In this document: one piece after another, positions 29,542-41,100 of the stretch
How the letters are laid out: each line of letters opens with the position of its first letter
How positions within the stretch are numbered: the first letter of the stretch is position 1
Assembly (NCBI GenBank): GCA_016748015.1
Contig: JAAOMT010000762.1
Span: 620,001-684,000, forward strand
Length of the DNA: 64,000 bases
Direction: 5' to 3'
From: Geosiphon pyriformis uo1
Lineage: Eukaryota > Fungi > Glomeromycota
Notes under the pieces: model-generated
What the model saw: only the letters and a program-made list of their open reading frames with translations
Database searches by the model: none
Told to the model about the DNA's origin: nothing
Program-made: the position numbers and the translations under genes

Positions 29542-32500
29542 GTAGCGACTCAAACAGATTCAAGAACTCTAAAGTATTATCAGTCAATCTACACTCACTG
29601 CAAGCAGAGATTTGACATCCCAGACGGAATTGAAACATTCAAGAAAACACTTTACCAGTACATTGAAAATTGCATCAACAATTATTTTCTTGGAGACTAC
29701 AACATTTCAGAAGTTAGACACAACTTATATGAAAGCTTAGTACATTACTCTCGTCTAAACACTCAGGATTTTAACAGGCAAACACTTGAAACATATTTTC
29801 AAGAACTCAATTTCAATATTATTCAGTATTGTAAAGAGAATTACCCAGTAGAACAGAAATTTTCTCTTAGTTTTGAATCGGAAACAGAAGAAAAAAAAGA
29901 AAAAAAGAAACAAAAACTCAGAACTACTCCCAATACACCTAAAACCACTGCCAAACACTTACAAACTCTAGAACCAGGAACCAGCTTTAAATTACCACTC
30001 TCAATCACATCATTTCCAGCTTTACTTGCTCAACCACAAACACTAAGCTTACCACTTATTCGGTTTTCAAGAATAGAAGATTTTTAGTCACCCAAAAGCC
30101 CTATTCAACAACAGGAACCAATATTAACCAGCACAAATCTTATTGATTACTTAGCAGAAAATCAAAGTGAAGAGACCAAATCAGAACAAGAAACAGAAGA
30201 CTCAAAAAACAAAGAAGAAATGGCCTCCACATATATCACAAAAATTTCTGAGTTCACAGGAGAAGACAGTAAAACCAGTTCTTAAGAATGGCTTGACAAA
30301 GTCTCAAAAGCAGGAGATGTAAATGGTTGGAACGCTGCCAGAATGTTAAAAGCAATTCCATACTTCTTACAAGGAACAGCCAGTGAATGGTTTGAAAACT
30401 TAGAAGCCCTACCAGAAGACTGGGAAGCATTCAAAACTGCTTTTCTAGAACAGTTCACTGACAATAACACTTCTATTACTCTTCAAAATTGGTTCCAAAA
30501 TATCAAGCAAAAACCAAGTGAATCAGTTATGACCTATCTTGGGAAATTCAACAAACTGCTTAGAAGGATTCGCCAATTAGAAACAAATGAATACTACTCC
30601 AATGCACAAATCTTGGATCAATTTATTGCTGAACTAAAAGACAAACTTATCAAGAAAGTTTGCTCACATGCACCAGAAGATTTAGCCACTGCTATTCAAC
30701 AGGCAAAAAACTATGAAATGGCCATAAAAGAAGCCAACTGTACCGAACTTGTTAACCTGGCTATTGGAGAAACCAGCTCAGCAGCTGAAGAAAAGATTGA
30801 CCAATTAACCAAGAAAGTTGAAAACTACTTCACCAACCAATAGCAATAACAGCAGCTGCAGCAATCACAACAACCACAAAGATACTAACCCCTACAATGA
30901 CACAATCAAAACAACTTCGGACTACCATCCAACAACCAAATCCAAAATTGCCATTACTGTGGAATCTCTGGCCACTGGAAAAGAGATTGCAGAAAGCTAC
31001 AATGAGACCAACAAAATAGGAGTAATCAACATTATTCTCCACCACAGCAATCTTATTATCAACCACCACCACCAGCTTACTATTCACCAAGATCCCAATA
31101 CCAAAATAACTATTATCAGCCCATCCCACACAACATTATCAAGTACCTGCTCAAAGATTGATTACACAAAATCAATTCACACCACAAAACCAATACCAAG
31201 TAAACAACAATAGAATCAATTCGAACAACTAATTGGTTCTCCAAAATTCCACTCAACCAAGATCCAACCACTATCACACTCAACTCAGTTATTTAACAAT
31301 GCCAGAAGAACAGGATTTTCACCATACTGCACTTTTAGAAGGTAGAACTGCAGTACAACAACAAAATCTTTCTCATAACCACACTACTATTCCACCAGCC
31401 AGAATTGCTGAAAATGCCAATTTTTCTGATATCTTTCCTTTCGAGTTTGAAGCCAATGAATCACCATTTCTATTCAGCAATGCTGCTGCAAATGAACAGA
31501 AAGCAATCACAGCTATGTATACTGAAGCTAAAGTTGAAGAAAAGACAATTTGCTTAATCCTAGACAGTGGATCCGCTAGAAGTATTATTACTTATCAGTT
31601 GATGCAACAGTTAAAGAAAAATGTTGACTGACCAGCTCAAACAGTAATTGTCACTGCCGATGGCATAAAAAAGACTCCAGTGGAAGAAATTGACAATTTT
31701 TCATTCACTCTTGATGGAATTATCATTCCAGTCAAAGTTCTTATAATGAATGCTTCTCAGTATCAAGCCCTTGTCAGAAATGACTGGCTTCAAAAAGCCA
31801 ATGCAAAATTAGACTGGAAAACCCAAGAACTACAAATCTCTTACCAAGGACAACATGCCCAAGTACCTGCCACTTGTGGTACATTCAACAAATGCTCCAA
31901 AAAAGCCCTGGCTTTTGAATTTGAACCAGAAAAAGAAAAACCAATAATCAAAACATTTATTGCTCTTGGATCAATGTTCAATTGGGCCGATGAAACTGAA
32001 CAAAAACATTTTACTCTACACTCCAAACTCGAAACCCTTGGATGGAATACCCCTTACTTAAAGACTGAGCCAAGAAAACAATGCTCTTACATTCCCCTTA
32101 AATGTAAGGACTGCCACAAGAAACTATCATCAATGAAAGCTTGTATTTCATCTGAAGAAGAATATGAAAGTTACATCTACTACTATTGCAAGGCCTGCCA
32201 TTGAAAACAATAAGGCCACTTGATCAAAAGAAGCGGAAAATGAGATGGAACACTTTGTCTTACTTGTGGAAAGCAGCTTCTTGATGAATGTGACTGGATT
32301 GATGTTAGAGGAGGAGTCTGCAATCAAACTTGTCAATATGCTCTTTCTATTGCAGAAAAAGTAAAATGTGGAACACCTTTCAATGCTGCATACAACAGCA
32401 TCCTCAGCAAACTCTATCACTATCTCCATGATGCCGAAATGATCTATAAACTTGCCATGGTTTTAATTAATGGAGGAACCAAAGAAGATGTCCTTCAAAT

Positions 32501-35090
32501 GAAGGAAGCTAAATATATTGAATATACATTGGAATTAGCTGGATTTGATTATAAAGATGAAATAGAAGTATACCACCAAATCACAAGTCACATCTACCTA
32601 ACCCAAGAAGCTCAAATTCAACAATTAGAGCAAATAAACATTAAATTATGTGAGAAGTGTATAATACCATGTAACAAACAATAGTGTCCTGAATGCTATA
32701 CTCTTAGCATTCCATTGCCCAGCAAAAGTGATGAATATGAAATTGAATTTGGAGAACTTGAAGCAACAGAAGAAATTGAAACAACACTCATCTACCTCAT
32801 CGAAAATCAGCTTGCTTCACAACTCAAATACTTCAACAACAATGGACAAGGAATAAAACTAAAAAAAGCACATGAAATTGATGCTGGATACGATCTATGA
32901 TATCCAGGAAAAGACACTTTGGTTTTTCAACCAAATTCTCTTACCAAAATCAACCTCAAAATTGCCCTCAAAATCCCACCAGAAGCAATAGTCCAAATTG
33001 CTTCACAATCATCATTGGCAAGCAAAGGAATCAATGTTAAAGGAGGAATTATAGATATTGAATATACAGGAGACATTACAATCATGTTACAAAATGAAAC
33101 CAATAAACCTTTTCAGATTGAACATGCTGAAAAAATTGCTTAAGCTATTTATTTACCCTTAATCAACATTTCGGGTTTACAATTAGTCAGTTAAAGAGAA
33201 CAATTGGGAAAAAGTGGAAGAGAAACCAATGGTTTTGGTTCAACTGGACAATTCACAGTTCTAGTAAACATAGCTTTTAATAAACAAAGTAAAGCTCACC
33301 AGATTCTATGACTTCCACAACCAATTACTATTTTACCCTTTGGAGAACACCCTGAAATTTACACTTGTAAAAAGCCAATGACCACACAACAAATTTTTGA
33401 GTCCAATAAACGAATCTACTTGGAACATAATATCTCAATTTCAAATATTTACATCCCAGAAGAAACAAAAAAAGTCCAAGTCATTTTTTACAATTCCAAT
33501 AATTACTCCATAGTTTTATTAAATAACTTAGAAATTGGAGTTATTTACAGTAATATCTTTCAACAAGAATTACCCCAAACAGTCTCCAATTTCTCTGAAA
33601 TTATTGGACATTCACTACCAAAAATCAACCCAAACTCTAGCTCTGAAAACTATCATGTTGTCATAGAAAAACTATCTTGAATCAACATGGGACAACTTGA
33701 ACCACAACAACAGAACCAGCTCAAAGAACTAATTGCAGAATTTGCCAATATCTTTGCTGAAAACAACAATGACTTAGGAAGAACTAATTTGGTTCAACAC
33801 TAAATCTATATAGAAAATGCCAAACTGAAGCGACAGCAAGCCTACCAAGTTGCTTCAGAAAGTCACCAATTTATCCATGAAGAAGTACAATGGATGTTCA
33901 ACAATGGGCTTATTCAACTATTAATAAATCTATGGGCCTTATCTGTGGTCTTAGTTAAAAAGAAAAATGGAAAGATACAATTTTGTGTTGATTATTGACA
34001 ACTTAACAATGTCACCATTGGAAATGCCTACCCTCTTCCCTGAATTGATGATATGTTGGATGCCCTTGGAAAATCCAAATACTTTTCGACATTAGATTTA
34101 GAGAGTGAATACTGGCAAGTTGCCATGGATCCCAAAGATCACCCCAAAACAGCATTCACCACTCAAAAAGGAAATTACGAATTCAACATAATGCCTTTTG
34201 GATTATGCAATGCACCAGCAACATTCCAAAGACTCATGGATGTTGTTTATAAAGGCCTTCTTTGAAAATCAGTAGTTGTCTATCTTAATAATACTGATGT
34301 TTATTCACCATTTTTTGAGTTACACTTAAAACACCTGCGAGAAGTTTTTCAATGATTATAGAAAGCAGGATTGAAACTGAACATTGAAAAATACTACTTC
34401 GGAAAAATGAGTTTGGCCTTTCTTGTTCACATTGTTAGCAAAGATAGAATTAAACCAGACCCTGAAAAAATCAGCACTGTTAAAAACTTCAAGACTTCAT
34501 GAAATACTACAGAATTAAGAGGATTTATTGAATTAGCATCCTATTACCGAAAATTCATCAAAAGATTCTTAGAAATTGCAAAACCCTTCAACCAGTTCAC
34601 TACTAAAAATGTTAAATACAAATGGATGGAAGAACACCAAAAAGCTTTTGAAATTCTCAAAGAAAAGCTGACAACAGCTCCAATTTTCGCCTACCCAGAC
34701 TTTAATAACCAATTTCAACTAGCTACAGACATTTTTTACACTGTCTTTGGTGCCATCTTATCACAATTAGATGACAACAAAAATGAGCGAGTAATTGCTT
34801 ATGCTAGCAGAACATTAAAACCAGCTGAGAAAAACTACCCTGCCACAGAACTAGAAACAGCAGCTGTAATTTGGGCCCTATACCACTTCAACCTTTATCT
34901 CAGGCCTAAAGAATTTGACATTATCACTGATAATATTGGACTCAAATGGCTTCAAAACAAAAACACTCAGCTGAATGCCAAACAAACCCAATGGACAGAA
35001 TTTTTAGCTAACTACTGATACATTGTACATCACAAACCAGAAAAACTCCACACCAATGTTAATTGTCTCTCAAGAATAAGGCAAGATTAG
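29542..35090 (+). pseudogene. A1 Gag-Pol: N-extension, capsid, CCHC knuckle, aspartic protease, Cys-rich module, dUTPase, RT, RNase H
   Basis: CHYCGISGHWKRDC (30949), LILDSGS (~31555), DAGYDL/GFGSTG, KTAFTT..GNYEFNIMPFGLCNAPATFQRLMD, YLNN (decayed YLDD, 34281), ATD..IAYASRTL..AEKNY; many premature stops; one deletion frameshift near 31125. Confidence 0.95.
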
Positions 35091-35136
35091 AACATAAAAC
35101 CAACACCCATTTGAATTAACAACAAGACAACAAACA

Positions 35137-36522
35137 ATGAATCCCAAAAACTACAACAATCTTAAACAATATTTGGAGACATTAACAATTCCAACAAATT
35201 GGTCTGCAGATAAAAAACACCGATTACAACAACAAGCCAAACAATACTTCTTACACAACAACATGATTTATTATTGAAACTTCAGAAACTGAGACAATCC
35301 ACTCAGATTAATACAAGAACATGAAAAAGAAACCATTTTATATAACATGCACTCAGATCCTTTATCAGCACACCTAGGAAAAGACAGCACCACCCAGAGA
35401 ACACTAGAATATTACTTTTGGCCTTGAATGAGAAAAGACATTTATGAATACATTAAGTCTTGTGATAGTTGTCAAAGAAAAGGAGGAACTCGTCCTATAG
35501 AACTTTTAAATCCAATCAAAGTTGGACAGTCTTTTGACTGAGTTGGTATCGATTTAGTCAGACCACTACTTATCACAAACCAAGGAAACCGTTATATTGC
35601 AGTAGCTGTAGACTATCTTACCAAATGGCCTAAAGCCAGAGCCATTCAATGAGCAGATGTGAAATCAGTAGCAAATTTCATCTACGAAGACATCATTTGT
35701 AGACATAGATGCCCAATAGAACTTTTATCTGATCAAGGAACACATTTTGTGAACAATTTAATCCAAGAAATTTGTGAACGATTTAATGTCAAGAGACCAT
35801 TATCTTTGCCCTACCATTTACAAACAAATGGACTTGTAGAACATTTCAATAGAACATTGTGTGAATTATTAGCCAAAGTTTCAACCGATTTTGAGCAAAA
35901 ATAGGATTTCTTTATTCTGTCAGTGTTACTAACATATAGAACACTAAAACATGACACCACAAAAAACACACTATTTGACTTAATCTATGGAAGGACAGCA
36001 ATGTTACCAATTAATTTTACCATGGAACCATACCCAATGCAGCCAATCAATGAAAAAAACTTTTAGGAAACACTTTGATGAAGAGTCTACAATCTTCTTA
36101 ACATATTGGAAAGAAAATGACGAATAGCAGCCACCCATATTAAACACTTCCAAGCTCAACAAAAAGAACAGCATGACAACAAATTGCCACCAGTCACCAA
36201 TAAATTTAAAATTGGAAACAAAGTTCTCTTACACAGAACTAAAACTGAAAAATAATGGAGTGGGAAATTTGAAAATAAATGGAATGGACCATTTTTTATC
36301 TATGAAGTTCTAGGTAACAAATCATACAAGCTAAGACTTGATGACAAAATCCTAGCAAAAGTTGCACATAGAAATTGTTTGAAACACTATAATTCCAGAA
36401 ACAATCCTGAACCATTAATTCCACAAATTGGTACACATTCCCCTTTAATTAATCCTGAAGATATTTTCCAAAATTTAGAACCAATAGTTGTTATTGAACA
36501 ACCTCCCAACTTGAATACTTAA
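35137..36522 (+). pseudogene. A1 integrase ORF (461 codons, own ATG)
   Basis: HHCC (HSD...H...CDSCQR), GIDLV.P, LLSDQG, NGLVE.FN, W.GPF; no chromodomain; same length as the A2 ORF. Confidence 0.92.
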
Positions 36523-36644
36523 CTTAAATTTATTATTATAGTTATCTCCTTATAATTTAGAAACAATTTCACAAAAACAAAGCAAAAATAATATATAAAC
36601 CCATATACCAAAAATAATTTTCTTTTATTTTCAAATCTCTTATA

Positions 36645-37162
36645 ATGACTATTCCTCAAAACATTTAACAATTATCCCAAAAACTAATGTTAGCTTTAAA
36701 AACAATACCTGAATTATCTATTACTGTTACTGGAAACCACATTAATTATACCCAAACAGAAGTAATCACAAATTTAGCTCCAAATTCACGAAAATATTAC
36801 TCATATAAGAAGAACACAAGAAGTTATTCTGAAATTCATCTGCCAGAACTTTTAAAGTTTGCTTTAAGAGAAAACTTAATGCTCATTCCTATTAGTATTC
36901 CACAAAATGCTACTATTCAACAAAAACTTCAACTGTGTCTTAATAAAGAAAACTATGACTATACTCCAATATATAGATATTTCTACATTGGAAAAACACT
37001 TCATGAATGAAAACAGGAGCTTACAGCAGCAAACCTCACAAAAAAAGCTATTTGGAAACAACTCCACAACGAATTAAAGACAACAGCTGGACCTACAAAC
37101 AGTTGTTATAAACTAAGAGCTGCTCTTAGACTTTATGACCTATTCCACATCTGTGAAAACAT
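36645..37162 (+). pseudogene. A1 ORF3, 5' part (3' part 47016-47217), unknown 239-aa protein interrupted by A2
   Basis: Rejoined length 720 nt, equal to A2 ORF3. Confidence 0.85.
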
Positions 37163-38194
37163 TGTTACCAGACGAAATTAGACCTATTGTTTAACATGAA
37201 ATTACCCTTATAAATCTTATCATTAATTAGCATATATTATTGTTTTAAATTATTACTTATTACATTAGCAAAATATTCGAAATTATCATTTAATTAATAA
37301 CCCAATTTGTACATAACACAAATGTAACCTAATTGCGATGATTGATCATGCAATACTCCGAACTATGTAACATTCAAAAAGTTTGCCGAAATTTGTAGAA
37401 ATTTGCCAAAATAATTGATAGTTCACCGAAATATCTAATAGTTTGCAGAAATAACTTGTAGTTCACTAAAATGTATTTTTAGTTTAGCAAAATTGTAGAA
37501 AATAGCAAAGTTCGAGTTCATAGAATAGTGTTATGACAAGTTGTATAAAAGAAAAGTGTTTCTTTTCGAGAAAATGTATCTTACTTCAGATTAAAAATAA
37601 TTAGAATAATCTTTTACACCCAAAAGACAAATAAATATCAAATAATTCGAAAAGCCAAATTCTTAAATTATTTTCCTTGAAATTAACCAATTCCTACTAA
37701 CAGTTTGAAATTGACTAGTTACCAATTTTGGTAAACTGTTAAAGCACTTTCAGGCCTGGATCCGAAACAACTTCCATAAATCATCAGTTTTATTTTTTTC
37801 TTTTACATTTCTTTTATTTTATTTTATTTTATTATAAATCATTTGGGTAGCCTACAGATAAGAATTTCTGTAAAAGAGTTGACTTTTATAGCAAAGTAAC
37901 TATACATTTTTAGTGAGCTTCCAGATGAGCAATTTCTGGGAAAGAGTTGACATTTACTACAATGTAACTATACAAAGTAACTGGCATGGAATTGGCCATT
38001 CCACTTATAAGCCCAGCAGTTCAAATTATAGGAGATAATTTGAAGATAAATTCAGTTATCAAAAGTTCAAACACTTCCCATAATCGTGAATTAACAGCAT
38101 TACAACAAACATACAAAAGCTAAAAAGAGACCAAAAATCTCTGGTAACATTTGGTGCTCTCCCACAGAAACAACACAGCAAAAACAAATTCAAA

Positions 38195-41100
38195 GTGGCG
38201 ACCACACCAGACGCAACAACTCTAGAGTATTACCAGTCAATTTACACTTACTGCAAGCAAAGATTCAACATTCCAGATGGAATTGAAGTTGTCAAGAAAT
38301 CAGTATACCAATACATTGAAAACTGCATCAACAATTATCTTTTTGGAAATTACAATATCTCAGAAGTTAGAAGCAACCTTTACAATAATTTAGCACACTA
38401 TTCACAGTTGGGAACTGAAGATCTTAACAGTGAAACACTTGCCATTTACTTTCAAAAACTTAATTTTAACATTATCAAGTACTGTGAAGAAACATATCTA
38501 GTGCAGTCTCAATACTCTATTGATTTTGAATCAGAGACAAAAACAAGCAACAAAGGCAAAAACAAATTGAAGCAATACTCAAAAACCACCCTAAATACTC
38601 CAATACTACCAAAAACAACTGCCAAACACTTACAAACACCTGAACAAGGAACCAGTTCAAAACTCCCACTCACCATCACATCTTTTCCAGCTTCATTTGC
38701 ACAAGCACAAACACCTAATTCACTCTTGAATCGATTTGCAAGACCAAAAGATTTTACATCACTCAGAAGTCTCACCAGACAGCAAAAACCCCTTTAAACT
38801 AGTTCTAATCTTCTTGATTTTCCAGCTGAAAATCAAAGTGAACACTCTGAGACAGCAGCAAACAAAGAAAACAACTCTGAAATAACTGAAGAAGAATCAA
38901 TAGACAGTGAAAATAAAGAAAATAAAATGACAGCATACATTGCAAAAATTCCTGAATTTAATAAAAAAGACATTGAGACCAGTCCCCAAGAATGGCTCGA
39001 CCAAGTTACTAAAGCTGGAGATACAAATGAATGGAATGCTGCCAGAATGTTAAGAACAATTTCCTACTTTTTCAAAGAAACAGCAGAAGAATGATTTGAA
39101 AACTTGGCTATTCCATTCAATGATTGAGATGCTTTTAAAGTAGCCTTCCTTAAACAGTTCACTGACAATAATATCTCCATCACCCTTCGAAATCATTTTC
39201 ACAATATCAAACAAGAACCCTCCAAATCTGTTATGACTTATATTGGGAAATTCAACAAACTTCTCAGACAAATTTGCCAACTTGAAACTAAAGATTATTA
39301 TTCTGATGCTCAAATCTTGGATCAATTTATTACTGGTTTAAAGGATAAACTGATTAAAAAAGTTCACCCACATGCTCCAGAAGATTTAAACTCTGCCATT
39401 CAGCATGCAAAGAGATATGAAATGGCCATGGAAGAAGCCAATTATACAAAACTCATGAACTTAGTCATTGGAGAAACCAGTTCAGCAGCTGAAGAGAAAA
39501 TTGACCAATTTGCAAAGAAAGTCGAAAACTATTTCACCAACCAACAACAACAGCAACCCCAAAGATATCAACCACTCCAAAGACAGAATTAAAACAACTT
39601 CACATCACTTTCTAATAACCAGCCTCAGAGTTGCCATTACTGTGGAATTCCTGGCCACTGGAAAAAAGATTGCAGAAAGCTACAATGAAACCAACAAAAT
39701 AAGAGTAATCAACATTACTCTCCACCACAGTAATCTTATTATCAACTACCACCACCAGCTTACTATCCACCAAGATCCCAATATCAAAGTAATTATTATC
39801 AGTCTGCTCCACAGCCAATTCAACAGCAATACCAACAACCACCCACACAACATTATCAAGTGTCTGCTCGAAGATTAATCCCACAAAATTAATTTACACC
39901 ACAAAACTGATACCAAGTAAACAACAATAGAATCAATTCGAACAACCAATTAGCTCCCCGAAATCCAGCTCAACCAAGACCCACCCATTATCATACTCAA
40001 CCTAACTATTTTACAATACCTGAAGAACAGAATTTTTACCATACTGCACTCTCGGAAGGTAGAGTTGCAGTACAACAACAAAACTCTTCCTATACTCCTA
40101 TCACAATCTCACCAGCCAGAATTGCTGAAAACACCAACCTTTCAGACATATTTCCTTTTGAGTTTAAAGCAAATGAGTCACCATTTCTGCTTAGCAATGC
40201 AGCTGCCAACAAACAAAAAGCAATCACTGCTATGTACACTAAAGCAAAAGTCGAAGGAAAGGCAATTCACTTGATCCTAGACAGTGGATCCACCAGAAGC
40301 ATCATCATCTACCAGTTAATGCAACAGTTAAAGAGAAATGTTGACTGACTAGCTCAGACAATTATTGTCACTGCTGATGGCATGAAAAAGACTCCAGTAG
40401 GAGAGATTGACAATTTCCCATTTACAATTGATGGAATCACCATTCCAGTTAAAGTTCTGGTCATGAATGCTCCCCAATACCAAGCTCTTGTTGGAAACAA
40501 TTGGCTCCAAAAAGCCAATGCAAAATTTGACTGGGAAACCCAAGAACAATATGCCCAAGTACCTGCTACTTGTGGTACATTTAACAAACACTCCGAAAAA
40601 GCCCCAGCTTTTGAATTCGAACTGGAAGAAGAAAAGCCCATCATTAAAACATTTATGGCACTTGGATCAACTTCCAATTGGGCCGATGAAACTGAACAAC
40701 AGTACTTTTCAACAAATGATTCTCTTGAAATAGAATAACCAGTAACAACTGGATGGAATGTCTTCTATTCAAAACCAGAACCACGAAAACAACACCCCTA
40801 CATTCCATTCAAATGCAAGGACTGCCACAAGAAACTCTCTTCAATGAGAGCCTGTATTTCACCTGAAGAAGAATATAAAAATCATACTTGTTATTACTGT
40901 AAGGCTTGCCATAGAGAATGATGGGGCCATCTAATAAAAAGAAGTGGAAAATAGGATAACACCCCTTGTTTGACTTGTGGATATATGCTACCAGAAGAAT
41001 ACAATTGGATTGATGTAGCAATGAGAGGAGGAGTCTGTGATCAGACCTGCCAATATGCTTTATCAATTTCAAAAAAAGTAAAAAGAGGAACACCCTTTGA

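Noticed and set aside
31100-31240. Programmed gag-pol frameshift in A1
   Set aside because: The frame change coincides with a deletion relative to A2, where gag and pol are in one frame.
37986-38123. 45-codon ATG ORF in the A LTR (MELAIPLISPAVQIIG...)
   Set aside because: The ATG is ACG or ACA in the other LTR copies (~48005, ~46848) and A1 has a 1-nt indel, so it is a CpG-decay artefact.
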